Source of the DNA: an uncultured bacterium
GTDB lineage: Bacteria > Babelota > Babeliae > Babelales > Babelaceae
Length of the DNA stretch: 64,000 bases
Direction: 5' to 3'
Assembly: GCA_963848965.1 (NCBI GenBank)
Contig: CAWKFG010000004.1
Location: forward strand, 416,001-480,000
Shown one piece after another: positions 9,863-20,613 of this stretch (positions within the stretch are counted from its first letter, which is position 1; the number at the start of each line of letters is the position of its first letter). Below the pieces are notes generated by a model that was not told where the DNA came from, searched no databases, and saw nothing but the letters and a program-made list of their open reading frames with translations. Position numbers and translations under genes: made by a program.

Positions 9863-10765
9863 TCACTTGCGATACCGAGAGAACCAATCAAGTATTGTTT
9901 TATGTATCTCTTCTCTGTGAGCATCTATCATATGACCACCATCAGTATACAATATAAATTTAAATGTTTTACCAAATTCCTTGAGCTTAGCAACAAGATT
10001 ATGTGCTTCTTCTACGTTCACAATAGGATCATCTTGAGCATGAATTAAAAGAATTGGAACATTCAATTCATGAGCCCAACAAACAGCTGAACGCTTGGCA
10101 TACTCTTCTTCCTTATGTGTAGGCATTCTCGGTAGATGCTTGTAAAGAATCTCTTCTTCTGTCTCTGGTCTATGACGTATAAATGTGAAAATATCATTTA
10201 CACTTGATACAGTAGCAACAGCTCGTAGTGGCATTTTATGTTTTAATGCTAGAAAGGCCATTAATCCTCCCCGAGAAAAACCAAGCATAAAAATATTATC
10301 TAGATCAATATATCCAAGATTTTGAGCTACTTTGTAAAGATTTAAGACATCATTGATATCTCCGCCACCTATCTCATCTTTACCTTCTGAGCCATCATTA
10401 CCTCTATATTGAGAAGCAAGGACTACATACCCTTGTTTTACTAAAAAATATATATCATCTTTTAAAGTACATACTATAATTTTACCAGAATCTCCGCTAC
10501 CACCCCTATTATAGATAACTAATGGATAGCGTTCTTTTGTCATATGTTTAGGTTGCGCTAGTATACCAACCACAGTAAAATTATCACTTTTATACTTAAT
10601 TTTAAAAAATTCTACGTCAGTACATTGGTTATACCATGCTATACAGTTTTCATAGTCATTTTCACTAATTACCTGTTTATAAACACTATCTAATGATTCG
10701 TATTTATGTGGTATAAATAAAGTTTTGCTTATAATTGTTCCATCATTTTCTTTAAAAAAAGTCAT
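9863..10765 (-). CDS. S9 prolyl-oligopeptidase-family alpha/beta hydrolase
   Basis: YNRGG, GFSRGG nucleophile, HAQDD, GGH. Confidence 0.85.
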   Translation of the reverse strand: MTFFKENDGTIISKTLFIPHKYESLDSVYKQVISENDYENCIAWYNQCTDVEFFKIKYKSDNFTVVGILAQPKHMTKERYPLVIYNRGGSGDSGKIIVCTLKDDIYFLVKQGYVVLASQYRGNDGSEGKDEIGGGDINDVLNLYKVAQNLGYIDLDNIFMLGFSRGGLMAFLALKHKMPLRAVATVSSVNDIFTFIRHRPETEEEILYKHLPRMPTHKEEEYAKRSAVCWAHELNVPILLIHAQDDPIVNVEEAHNLVAKLKEFGKTFKFILYTDGGHMIDAHREEIHKTILDWFSRYRK

Positions 10766-10897
10766 GCTACGATTGTTCCTTTGCAGTAATTAATTCATTA
10801 GATACTATAAAACATTTTGAAATTCCAGTAAAACTATAATAATAAATGTGCTCTAGAATTAAGTAGACAAAATCACTTTATTTTATTCGTTACTGGG

Positions 10898-11368
10898 CTA
10901 CAGAACTGAGATAGTATCTATATACCCATCCCATGCCTTTCTAAGATTATCAGATGACAGCTCCAAGCCAATAAATGGTGTACCTCCTCCCATGTTTACT
11001 AATGGCTCGTCAAATACTGGGGTGTCTATAACTTTCTTTACATTTTCTGGTAACCCAAAGGGAGAGACCCCTCCTATAACATATCCAGTACTATCTTGTA
11101 CTTCTTTTGGCGTTGCAAATCTTAGTATGCTAAGATTAAAAAGAGCCTTAATATTTTCCAATGATACTTCTTTATTACCTTGAACTACAGCAACAACTGG
11201 TTCTTTATTGCTTATAAGCACCAGTGTTTTTAAAATTTGCTTAAGAGAGCATCCATAAAGTCTTTTTACATCCTGAACACTAGAGGCCCGTGTTGTAAGA
11301 TGTAAAACCTTATATTCTATATGTTTGCTATCTAAATAGCACATGCTTGGAAGCTTGATATTTTCCAT
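10898..11368 (-). CDS. YbaK/EbsC aminoacyl-tRNA deacylase family
   Basis: LKTLV, TGYVIGGVSPFG, GGG motifs. Confidence 0.85.
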   Translation of the reverse strand: MENIKLPSMCYLDSKHIEYKVLHLTTRASSVQDVKRLYGCSLKQILKTLVLISNKEPVVAVVQGNKEVSLENIKALFNLSILRFATPKEVQDSTGYVIGGVSPFGLPENVKKVIDTPVFDEPLVNMGGGTPFIGLELSSDNLRKAWDGYIDTISVL

Positions 11369-11816
11369 ATATTCCTCTTTAATCTAATAATACAGTGGTA
11401 CTACTGCATATCGCTGGCATAGCCAGCTGTGACAGCTTATATAATTGCTTGCTCAATACTCTTAGTAGTTCTAATGTATGAGGGTTGGAGAAAGAATTTA
11501 TAAACCCAAGGATAGATGAGCTTATGAATAAAGATTAGAAAAGAGGCCATGCTGAAAGCAGCACTGCTATAAGAAAAAATAAGCGTTTTATAGTCATATA
11601 AGTACTACTGATTTATTTAAAACAAACTATAGGATATATTATTATATATACCATATATACCTATTTTGCAATAATTTTTGATGTAGGCATTAGGCAAATT
11701 ATCTTCAAGGCTCATACTTATTTTGCGGTTGATTAATCTGTAGAGGACATTATAATTGAATACGATTCTCATAAAGCGTAAAAGCAAGTCTTGAAGCTGA
11801 ACTTACTGGAATGTAG

Positions 11817-12461
11817 ATGAAGAGAAAAGTATTACTAATTATAGCAGCTATCACCTTATTTTTTGCTAGACCCTATTTGTGGAACCAACTATTTTCTCAC
11901 AATAAAGCAAATACTTTACATAGTAGGTTAAGCTTTTCTCTTATTGACCATAAAGAAAAGATAACATCAATAGCATTTAGCCCTAATAGTACCTATGCTC
12001 TCATTGGCTCTGAAGATTACAACGCTCGTTTATGGGATTTAACCAATCCCGATAATATTATTTCCATTCCTCTTATTGGACATGCTGATTGGATATCTTC
12101 AGTAGCATTCAGTTCTGACGGTAAATATGCTTTAACTGGATCTTATGATAATACTGCCCGCCTATGGAACATAACTGATTTGAATGCTATCTCCTCCATA
12201 GAACTTAAAGGCCATACATGTTATGTAACATCTGTAGCTTTCAGTCCTAAGGGCAACTATGCTTTGACTGGTTCTTATGATCACACTGCTCGTCTATGGG
12301 ATCTAACTGACCTTAACAAAATTTCTTCTAGAGTGCTTAAGAGTAATGAAAATACCGTAACCTCTGTAGCTTTTAGCCCTGATGGTAGGTTTGCTGTAAC
12401 AGTTGCAGACCAGACTTTTTTATGGGATTTAGAGAACCTGAATACTGCCATTCCTCAATAA
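11817..12461 (+). CDS. WD40 repeat protein
   Basis: Repeats of GH...SVAFS.DG.YALTGS.D.TARLWD. Confidence 0.9.
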   Translation: MKRKVLLIIAAITLFFARPYLWNQLFSHNKANTLHSRLSFSLIDHKEKITSIAFSPNSTYALIGSEDYNARLWDLTNPDNIISIPLIGHADWISSVAFSSDGKYALTGSYDNTARLWNITDLNAISSIELKGHTCYVTSVAFSPKGNYALTGSYDHTARLWDLTDLNKISSRVLKSNENTVTSVAFSPDGRFAVTVADQTFLWDLENLNTAIPQ

Positions 12462-12726
12462 CTACGGAAAGGCTGCCTTTTTTCTAGTCATTCCACCAAC
12501 AAATGATCTAGAATGTTAACGTGCAACACTAGGATAAACTTTAACATTCTAAAGTTATAACTGATCTAAAATTAATTATAGCCTGTCAAAATCGTAAAAA
12601 TAATCAATTAAAATCGACTATAATTTTATTTTAATCACGTCTACAATAAGAAAATATTGATTAGAACAGAGTCAATATTCTATAATTATAAAAAGAATTT
12701 TAAGAAAATATAAAAAAAGGAACAAT

Positions 12727-13383
12727 ATGCTTAAAAAATATCTAATTTTACCTCTAGTGGTAGTAGCTACGAGCTTTGCAGCACAACTACCTGAAGCTCA
12801 ACAGCCTTTTAAAGAAACTTTTCTTGGCAAAATACCTAAAGAATTATTCTTTAAAGCACAACAATACAAAATTGGTGACCTTATTTCAAACGCAGTTCAA
12901 AAGGCTCAAGATTATGATCCTCTCATGAAATACTTAAGTGGTTTAGCCAAAAGACATACTGGACCCTTTAGTGACCCTAAATTTATAGATGACCTTATAA
13001 ATATAATAAACAGAAAATTTGGATTCAATCCATCTGCGATTGCTCAAGAGCTTGACACAGAAGGAGCAATAAGATGGGCTAATAGCATTAAGCCTAAACG
13101 GTTAGAGCTCTGGCAAGCCGCTACATCTGGTAATTTAGAGCAAGTCAAAAAGCTTATCGAAGAAGAGTCTCTTTATCCAGACAGCACTACAAGTCTATTA
13201 GGAACTACACCACTTATGGCTGCTGCAAAACGAGGGGATATTTCCTTAATGAAATATTTGGTTTCAAAAGGAGCCGACATTAATGCAAAAGATGTAAATG
13301 GAAAAACTCCTTTACAATTTGCAGCTGAATCTGGCAATTCTGCAGCAGAGCAGTTTTTACGCGAACAGAAACCAAGTAAGTAG
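12727..13383 (+). CDS. Ankyrin repeat protein with signal peptide, paralogue of 240-1010
   Basis: TPLMAAAKRG, TPLQFAAESG; shared MxKKYL...PE.QQ..K...LG..P N-terminus. Confidence 0.88.
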   Translation: MLKKYLILPLVVVATSFAAQLPEAQQPFKETFLGKIPKELFFKAQQYKIGDLISNAVQKAQDYDPLMKYLSGLAKRHTGPFSDPKFIDDLINIINRKFGFNPSAIAQELDTEGAIRWANSIKPKRLELWQAATSGNLEQVKKLIEEESLYPDSTTSLLGTTPLMAAAKRGDISLMKYLVSKGADINAKDVNGKTPLQFAAESGNSAAEQFLREQKPSK

Positions 13384-13600
13384 ACCATTGAGTATTTTCT
13401 ATCTTTGGCTTTAACAAAAGAGAGCGATAAGCCCCCTATACTCTATAAGTAGGGGACGAGCATCCTCCGCTTAGTGCTATAGAAGCTAAAATCGCAAATA
13501 AGATGTGTATTATAAGCTCTCTTGGTTCTTTTACTTAACCATCCTATTTCGTAAATGCTGTAGTTTAGAAGATATACCATGTATATTCTGATAATACTCT

Positions 13601-14068
13601 ATGATAAAAATAAGGATTACATGTATGAGATATACTAATTTATTTATAATGACAATACTGTCTTTTATATCTATGTATTTACTTATGTATGCAATGGTTG
13701 ACCAGTATGCCAATATCTATACCAACTTAAACCAGGTATATATGGCGGGACTAATGACAGTACCTATGGTAATAATTGAACTCTTTCTTATGGGATCTAT
13801 GTATGGTAATAAAAAGCTCAATGCTCTCCTTGTACTAGTAAGTGGTATTACTTTACTAGTACTTTTTGCTCTTCTTAGAAAACAAGTAGCTATAGGAGAT
13901 CGAGAATTTTTAAAATCAATGATCCCGCATCATGGAGCAGCACTCCTTATGTGCAAGGAAGCTCCACTACAAGATCCTGAATTAAAAAATTTGTGTAAAA
14001 ATATCATTGCAGCTCAACAGTCAGAAATTGATTTCATGAAAGGTAAATTAGAAAAATTAAGCAAATAA
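13601..14068 (+). CDS. DUF305-family membrane protein
   Basis: FLKSMIPHHGAA...IIAAQQSEI; Met-rich TM helices. Confidence 0.8.
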   Translation: MIKIRITCMRYTNLFIMTILSFISMYLLMYAMVDQYANIYTNLNQVYMAGLMTVPMVIIELFLMGSMYGNKKLNALLVLVSGITLLVLFALLRKQVAIGDREFLKSMIPHHGAALLMCKEAPLQDPELKNLCKNIIAAQQSEIDFMKGKLEKLSK

Positions 14069-14323
14069 AATTATAATCGGTAGTATTGGCCTTTTATCGT
14101 AACTCTTACTAGGAGCCTCTTTTCTGAGCTTCGCCGGACAAGAGCGCTACGTCTATCGTAGCCAGTAGACGAAGATGGGTAGCCTAGGCGTAGGCTGACG
14201 CCCGCTGTCATATTTCAAATAATATTTTTGCTTGGTTGTTTAAACTATTGATTTAAAAGGGTATAAAGAGTTAATTTTTATATTAGTAAAATATAACACA
14301 ATCTACTACAATATGAGGGAATT

Positions 14324-15205
14324 TTGAAGTTGCGCATATTATCACTAGTAAGTGTAATTACAATTACGGTTTTTATATATTCAATGGAACCGGCTTCGAT
14401 GTCTCTACAATCTCAAGAAATAGTAAAGAAGCTACTTGCTATCAGAGAAGCAGAGAGAGCTTCCTCAACTGATTATCCAGAATTAATGGTCTCCTTAAGT
14501 GATTATTATCAAAAATTATATCCACAATATGAAGCAAACTTTAATAAATATAAGAAACTAATTCCAAGAAATCCCGTTGCAGGTAATATAAACTACTTAA
14601 TGAGTCTTGATGAAATAATAGCCGAGACTATGGCAAAATTTAAGGATATGTATCAACAGGGCCGGATTATGACACAAGAACAATTTGATAAACAAAATAA
14701 AGATAAATGGTTTTATAAAGGTTTTGATTTATCAAGAATATGGGGAGCTGATTATTTAGCAAGAGGCTTTAAGGAGAAAGGTATGAGCACTAGTAGCGTA
14801 CCTAAGTATATAATTGTAGTAAAGGATCTTCACAAAATACAAGTTAGAATTGTCCTAGGTAACTGTTTTCCTCAAATAGCGAATATTGAAAATGGAACAG
14901 TATATGCTGAGACTATAGCTGGAGTACCTGTAGCTACAATGATAGGAAAAAGTGGTATTGATTCTACTGGGCTTGGATATACCGATTACTCTGCCGCTGG
15001 TAATATAATCCGGTCTTCAAATGGTATTGATTACTATGTTGATACTGAATCTAAAAGTTTTTACAATGGCGATCCCGGCGAATATTTCTTTAATAAATTA
15101 GGCCATGACTGGAAAACGATGTGCCAGTATTTTAGAGAGAGGTTTCAATTGATAAATAATGCACCCGGCCTTAGTAAAATTATCGAGTTTTCTGTCACTT
15201 CATAA
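14324..15205 (+). CDS. Hypothetical secreted protein
   Basis: 293-aa ORF, GAGGGA RBS, TTG start, signal peptide followed by SMEP. Confidence 0.7.
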   Translation: MKLRILSLVSVITITVFIYSMEPASMSLQSQEIVKKLLAIREAERASSTDYPELMVSLSDYYQKLYPQYEANFNKYKKLIPRNPVAGNINYLMSLDEIIAETMAKFKDMYQQGRIMTQEQFDKQNKDKWFYKGFDLSRIWGADYLARGFKEKGMSTSSVPKYIIVVKDLHKIQVRIVLGNCFPQIANIENGTVYAETIAGVPVATMIGKSGIDSTGLGYTDYSAAGNIIRSSNGIDYYVDTESKSFYNGDPGEYFFNKLGHDWKTMCQYFRERFQLINNAPGLSKIIEFSVTS

Positions 15206-15440
15206 GGTCACCAAACTTATAATTCTACTTTTTCGAGGATTTCAGGTACAAATTCATTCATTTTTTGGGATAACTTGACTTTCTTCCATATAATGCGTTT
15301 TAGTCGAAATCTCAAGAGTATAGATAATTTTTTGTAAGATTAAAACAAATACCATAATGAGCGTACTCTCAAGGATAAAAGAAGTATTTCTAGAGTCATT
15401 TGTTGATTATACGTTACCTTAATTTCTAGGCACCCTAATT

Positions 15441-15467
15441 AATTTACCAACAGGCTGTTGGTAAATT
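15441..15467. repeat. 27-bp perfect palindrome AATTTACCAACAG-G-CTGTTGGTAAATT
   Basis: Identical copy at 17335-17361; variants at 16501-16523 and 28011-28037. Confidence 0.85.
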
Positions 15468-15605
15468 TAAGCTAAACTATTGTTATGTAAGTATTTCATA
15501 CTCTGATTGCTGCATTTTTCGCAACATTTTGCAAATAAAATATGAATTTAAGAGATTTAATTCGCGCAGCTGCACAAGAAGTACGAGACAATTGTTTCAC
15601 AATTA

Positions 15606-15944
15606 TCACTTACCTCGAGCAAGAGCAGCAGCGTAATTAAAATCAAAGAAATATTGTTGCCATAATGCGTCAGAGGTATTGTACTCGTTATCATAGACAA
15701 AATAATCTACTAAAGCTTCACGCACTCGTAGAATTTCCTTAAGACGCGGTCCTTTATTTTTAGGATCCGCGACTGTCAAATCCAAGAGTTCTAAAGCTCT
15801 TTCAAAAGCTTGCTTACTATACTCGAGATTACCACTGTTTTTCCAATAAATAGTTCTTTCAATGTCACACCCAACATTTGCTAGCTGTTCAAAAAGCGAA
15901 AATTGAAACCAGTGGCTCGGCGTTAGAGTTTTATGTATTTTCAT
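15606..15944 (-). CDS. Conserved hypothetical protein coupled to DUF5674 gene
   Basis: 4-nt overlap with upstream gene; WFQFSLFEQLANVG...ERALELLDLT. Confidence 0.75.
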   Translation of the reverse strand: MKIHKTLTPSHWFQFSLFEQLANVGCDIERTIYWKNSGNLEYSKQAFERALELLDLTVADPKNKGPRLKEILRVREALVDYFVYDNEYNTSDALWQQYFFDFNYAAALARGK

Positions 15945-16291
15945 GGTACAACCAGTTTATTTACAATAGTTCTTATTATTTCTTGGGTTTTAGGATCATC
16001 TACGCCACGACTTCTATTACCCCAACTTGGGCGAAGATTTATCATAGAATCGAATATAATAAAGCCTTCTTCATTTTCATGCTCAGGGAGAAGATTTATA
16101 CCCCATAGATTTTCTTGTTTGGATCCTTTTTCTAAAAGTAGAGATTCTTCGTCTGCATGAAGATCTGCATCTACAACCATAATTTGTTGTTCAATATCAA
16201 CTACAGCCTTTACTAAACTTCCAAACATCTTCTTCGACATTACCTTAAGTTCTTCTAGTGAAATCTTTTCTTTTTCACTTACAAACTTCAT
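15941..16291 (-). CDS. DUF5674-family protein
   Basis: VKAVVDI...LHADEE.LLLE.GS.QENLWGINL...SMINLRP. Confidence 0.75.
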   Translation of the reverse strand: MKFVSEKEKISLEELKVMSKKMFGSLVKAVVDIEQQIMVVDADLHADEESLLLEKGSKQENLWGINLLPEHENEEGFIIFDSMINLRPSWGNRSRGVDDPKTQEIIRTIVNKLVVP

Positions 16292-16725
16292 AAATCCCCT
16301 TTGCAAGCCCTTATTATTCTGTAAAATGAACATAATAGTACTCAAACTTCTATCTTACTTCCTAATTATTATACCACTTTTAAACTTTCTATAAAACTAT
16401 TCTAGGATATCGCGTACCTTTATTAATGCTTCTTTTCTGTAACCTTAGCTTCAAGAATATTTTCAAGCACTATTAAGAGTATTCTTAGATCTTCATCCAT
16501 TTGTCCAACAGCCTGTTGGACAATTTTGGTACAAGAACAATCCTAAGCTTCGAATAACAGAGAAAATATAAGGTCATATCTACTTTTCATTCTTATTTAT
16601 TGAACGCAATAGCAAATTTAGTAGAACAGTATTTTGTTTTAAAAACTACAATAATCATAAATTATTGAAAAATTGAATAAATATATTTTAATATAATAAA
16701 TAATAAATCTTTAAGGAGAAGTAAT

Positions 16726-17334
16726 ATGATATATAAGTATTTAAGCCTCACATTTTTGCTTCTAGGGCTCGGCACTCGTCTCATGGGTATGGAAGCTCCA
16801 GTACCTGCAGGTCATCCCCTGAATTTTAACCTCAAGGTTATTAATAACTCTGATACTGAAATGACAGTAGAACTTACTTCTTATAAAGGAGTAAGAGCAA
16901 CTCGCCGTATAGAAGAGCTTGCAACGTTAACAGACATGCTCCTAATTCTAACTAAATATCCTTCTACGCTTGCAAGGGCTGCTGAGGCAAAGTTTGGTGA
17001 AGCCTATACAGTTACTCTTAGACCTCATGCATCTGTTACAATTGAAGATTTACTATCAAAAGAAACAATCCATGTAAGTAGCCCTGGGCTTCTTTCTGGC
17101 ATACCTGGATTGCGCTGGACAAAAGTACCTTTAGAGGAAGCTTATAAACTAGGCAAAGCAAATGCCGGGTCAAGAAGGCCCGTTATTATAGTTGTTACCC
17201 CTACAAGAACTGGATTTAACTTTGAGACCTCTTTAGGGACTGAAGCTCCTGAAACTAAGCTCGAAGCCGGAGAGCAAACAATTGAGGAAATACCATTTGA
17301 GGTAGTCACAGAAGAGCACGAGCGCATAAAATGA
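16726..17334 (+). CDS. Hypothetical secreted protein
   Basis: AAGGAG RBS, signal peptide followed by GMEAP. Confidence 0.7.
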   Translation: MIYKYLSLTFLLLGLGTRLMGMEAPVPAGHPLNFNLKVINNSDTEMTVELTSYKGVRATRRIEELATLTDMLLILTKYPSTLARAAEAKFGEAYTVTLRPHASVTIEDLLSKETIHVSSPGLLSGIPGLRWTKVPLEEAYKLGKANAGSRRPVIIVVTPTRTGFNFETSLGTEAPETKLEAGEQTIEEIPFEVVTEEHERIK

Positions 17335-17361
17335 AATTTACCAACAGGCTGTTGGTAAATT
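17335..17361. repeat. Second copy of the 27-bp palindrome
   Basis: Identical to 15441-15467. Confidence 0.85.
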
Positions 17362-17432
17362 AAGGTTAATTACACTGTATAAATAGCAAGTCTAAATGGA
17401 CAAAAAAATTGCAAGGCCTTCGCACCGCTTTT

Positions 17433-18524
17433 TTATTTCTTTGTAACGACAAAATCTGGCGATTGACTACTAAGAAGTATCAACTTTTTATCTTTTAAAT
17501 AGTAATCAAAAAAGTCTACAAGTAAAGCACGAGTGATTTCAATGCCCTTAAGAGGATTCTTTCCATTTTTGAAAAGAGGGCTTTTGATGAGTTTTGAATC
17601 GACAAAAGTTGCATGGTCAGCATTTTTTACCGTTACATAAAAAGAATTATCTTTTAATTGATCAAAAACTTCTTTTGAGCGTCTTCCTAGCAAGCTATCA
17701 AATTGTTCTATGGTAAGCCCTGCATGGAGAGCTTCTTTATGCGTTAGCAGTTTTTCCGCTACAACGAATAAACTTGGTGTTTCAAAGGGCTTATCCCAGT
17801 TTGATCCAAATAACATGCCATCAAGATTTACCATGGCCTTAAAATCATTATTTTGTCGCACAGCTTCAGTTGCCGTGCTGCCGCCAAATGAATGGCCAAA
17901 TATGCCCATGCGCGGGAAGTCAAGTGATTTTGTTAATGGTTGATTGCGCAACCAATAGAGAACAAATTCAATATCTTTAAGCCATATTTCTTGAGCCATA
18001 TCAAATGTTTGCAAGCACGATCGCTCTTTGTTGGAAAATACATTCGCAAGTTCTGGCAAAATTTCTGGGCTAGACCCATCAGGGAACATTACTGGCCAAC
18101 AGGCATCGGTATGGTTAATTGCAACCACAACGTATCCATGACTAGCCATTTCTTCAATCAAAGATGAATATAATTGTGCTGCCATAAAAAAACCATGAGA
18201 GAAAAATAGCACGGGAAAGGGAGAATTCTCTTCATCGATTGGAGTATCTGGCATGGCCCAATCGCTGATCCTATCTAAATACTCTAGATCTTCTGGTAAT
18301 ATATTAGAGGTATGAACAAGCTTCTCTTTGTAGAGATGCATAGTATCAGAAAGATAGGGAGGATATTCTTTTTGTATTTCTATGGCTGGATAATAAAGTT
18401 GTACCAAAAGGGGACGATTTTTTTCATTGTTATAATAGCGAGATATATCTTTTAAAAAATGAGTCCTCACACCAACGTTATAGGAACCTGTTGGCCGAGG
18501 TAATTGAATTTTCTCTTGTACCAT
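17433..18524 (-). CDS. PAF-acetylhydrolase-like alpha/beta hydrolase
   Basis: LPRPTGSYNVG, PVLFFSHG, GHSFGG, NLDG, ADHATFVD. Confidence 0.85.
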   Translation of the reverse strand: MVQEKIQLPRPTGSYNVGVRTHFLKDISRYYNNEKNRPLLVQLYYPAIEIQKEYPPYLSDTMHLYKEKLVHTSNILPEDLEYLDRISDWAMPDTPIDEENSPFPVLFFSHGFFMAAQLYSSLIEEMASHGYVVVAINHTDACWPVMFPDGSSPEILPELANVFSNKERSCLQTFDMAQEIWLKDIEFVLYWLRNQPLTKSLDFPRMGIFGHSFGGSTATEAVRQNNDFKAMVNLDGMLFGSNWDKPFETPSLFVVAEKLLTHKEALHAGLTIEQFDSLLGRRSKEVFDQLKDNSFYVTVKNADHATFVDSKLIKSPLFKNGKNPLKGIEITRALLVDFFDYYLKDKKLILLSSQSPDFVVTKK

Positions 18525-18702
18525 TATGTAAGCTCCAAATGATAAGGTTAATGCATAATAGTGTAGTATCTGCATTTCGAAAAAACGTGAGTAACTGAAT
18601 AGGGTGACCGTGATCTAAAGAGAAGGCCGCAGATAAAGCAAAGTCATCCTTATTATTCTAACCCAAGGCTGCAGGTATTACAAGATCTCGCGCAGCGCTC
18701 TA

Positions 18703-19083
18703 TTGGGTTTTGCTTTTTTGGGGATTTTGCCTGTTCGCCATATGCCCCAAGAACATTCCTCTATTAATAAAGAGAGCACACTATGGTTAAAAGCACGAGA
18801 GTTTGATCCTCGCGATATTGGCCAACTTAACTTCTATATATCAGCAGTTGATGATTTAGTACGTAATTCAGAAGATAAACCAACTATAGGCTTACTCCTA
18901 TGTAAAACAAAACGAAACTTTACTGCTGAATATGCTCTACGAAACATAAACTCTCCTATTGGAATTGCTCAATATACTACTCTAACGGAAAAACTACCAA
19001 AAGAACTCAAAGGAAGTCTTTCAACAATTGAAGAAATTGAAGCTGAGCTTGAAAAGCAAGAGATTTTACTAGAAAAAGAATAG
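18703..19083 (+). pseudogene. Internally deleted YhcG/DUF1016 PD-(D/E)XK remnant
   Basis: 18787-19083 nearly identical to 30813-31109 (LKAREFDPRDIGQLNFY...LLEKE). Confidence 0.85.
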
Positions 19084-19228
19084 GACGAGCTTTAATATCT
19101 TAGTTAGAAACCAAGTAAATAAGCTAAAGATTTTATACTATAAGCTTGTGATATAAGTTTGTTCAAATCTTAACTTTGATATAATTATATGACTAATAAA
19201 ACTATCTGATCAAGGTTCTAAAGAAGAC

Positions 19229-19259
19229 TGGTGTCTCCTGCTATACATGTTTCGGAACC
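19229..19259 (+). repeat. att-like site R1 (31-bp core)
   Basis: TGGTGTCTCCTGCTATACATGTTTCGGAACC, preceded by GTTCTAAAGAAGAC. Confidence 0.9.
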
Positions 19260-19376
19260 GTGAGCTACTCTTTGAGGTCTATCTCACTAATATTCAAATC
19301 CCTGTAAATAACTGTCAGAGATGTTAAAGAGTCCCTAAACTAAAAATAGTAAAAGTAAGTATTTCATATAATCTTC

Positions 19377-19970
19377 TTAAATTTCTGCATGCTCAACCGA
19401 TTCAAATATAAAAATCTGGCGATCTGCATGCCAGGTAAAGGTGGAAATTGATTCATTGGTTAATGCCGGCAATTCAGCTACATCATACCCTAAATGAGTA
19501 AGTAATGAACCAAGCACGTACCCATGAGTCACCACAGCAACGTGCTGCCCTTCATGTTTTTGCGCGATTTTATTCAGATAGCTCATAACCCGTGCCACCA
19601 CCTGATCGCGCGGTTCAGCTTCAATTATTGCTGGCAAAGAGTCATAATGAAAAGGACCATACAGCGCGCGAAACTCTTTCAAAGTAAGTCCTTGGACTTT
19701 TCCAAAATGTCCTTCACGCAGATCAACGGTAAGAGTAATTTCTAATGAAAACAGTTCAGAAATCTCTTGCGCAGTTTGATGTGCTCTTTGCAAATCAGAT
19801 GAATAAAGCGCGCCAAGCGAAACTTGTTTTTTCTTGAGAAATTGTGCTACTTTTTGCGCCTGCGCTTTTCCGGTTGCATTAAGTGGAATATCTTCATGCC
19901 CTTGCATTTTACCAGCAAGATTCCAATCAGTTTGGCCATGGCGAATAAGCAATAATGTTGTTGAACTCAT
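19377..19970 (-). CDS. Histidine phosphatase family protein
   Basis: LIRHGQTDWN, SSDLQRA, LRE, VTHG. Confidence 0.9.
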   Translation of the reverse strand: MSSTTLLLIRHGQTDWNLAGKMQGHEDIPLNATGKAQAQKVAQFLKKKQVSLGALYSSDLQRAHQTAQEISELFSLEITLTVDLREGHFGKVQGLTLKEFRALYGPFHYDSLPAIIEAEPRDQVVARVMSYLNKIAQKHEGQHVAVVTHGYVLGSLLTHLGYDVAELPALTNESISTFTWHADRQIFIFESVEHAEI

Positions 19971-19989
19971 GGAAAATCCTAAGCAAACG

Positions 19990-20418
19990 TTAAGCCAACA
20001 TATAGTCAACGGAAAATTCTGGAAATACTTCCTTTATCTTTGAAAGCATTGCTAGTGTAGGATTACATTTGCCAGCTTCTAGCCTTTGATAACTCCATAT
20101 TTTGTCAAATCCCATACGCTTTGCCAATTCTTGTTGAGTAAGGTTATGAGACATTCTGAAATATCGTATAAGAAATGAAAAGGCTATATTTGGATCTACC
20201 GGAACTTCTACAACACTTTTTGATGTCTTTATAGAAGCATCAGGAAATGGCGCTAAGTCTTTAGAATTCTCTGGTTCTTCTATATAAAGGTTTAAAGCTT
20301 CCTTCATATTAGCATAAAGCTCTTCCAAGCTATCTGCTTGCGTAACACAACCTTCTAATTCCAAGCAATGTGCCCAAAAGCCTTTTCCTTCTTTATGAAT
20401 TTTGAAATGATACTTCAT
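19990..20418 (-). CDS. hicB: HicB-family antitoxin with C-terminal HTH
   Basis: LEGCVTQADSLEEL...EAL; LTQQELAKRMG HTH. Confidence 0.85.
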   Translation of the reverse strand: MKYHFKIHKEGKGFWAHCLELEGCVTQADSLEELYANMKEALNLYIEEPENSKDLAPFPDASIKTSKSVVEVPVDPNIAFSFLIRYFRMSHNLTQQELAKRMGFDKIWSYQRLEAGKCNPTLAMLSKIKEVFPEFSVDYMLA

Positions 20419-20428
20419 GATTAGTTCC

Positions 20429-20613
20429 TTATTGAGCTGATTTTAATAATTTTCTAAGGTAATGTTCTGTTCCTTTTGCTAATTCTTTATGGTTCGGGAT
20501 AATGGCTTGTTTACAGCCCTTCTTTTTGAGCTTAATATGACTTCCTACTTGTCCCTCAATTCATAGCCAGCCTTTAAAAAAAGCTTAACCATATCCTTAC
20601 CACTAATTGGCAC
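20429..20613 (-). pseudogene. hicA: Frameshifted HicA toxin
   Basis: GGAGG RBS + GTG; MPISGKDMVKLFLKAGYE, then shift to GQVGSHIKLKK...IIPNHKELAKGTEHYLRK. Confidence 0.8.

Noticed and set aside
9863..10765. S9 peptidase as a lasso isopeptidase
   Set aside because: Short (300 aa), not adjacent to the precursor, looks like a generic family member
11400..11597. Small membrane protein gene (minus strand)
   Set aside because: Stops after 20 codons; at most a decayed fragment
13431..13475. IS200/IS605-like end hairpin CCCCTA...TAGGGG
   Set aside because: Single imperfect hairpin, no partner end or transposase
15542..15600. Possible GxxExxY N-terminal fragment (MNLRDLIRAAAQEV)
   Set aside because: Too short to support
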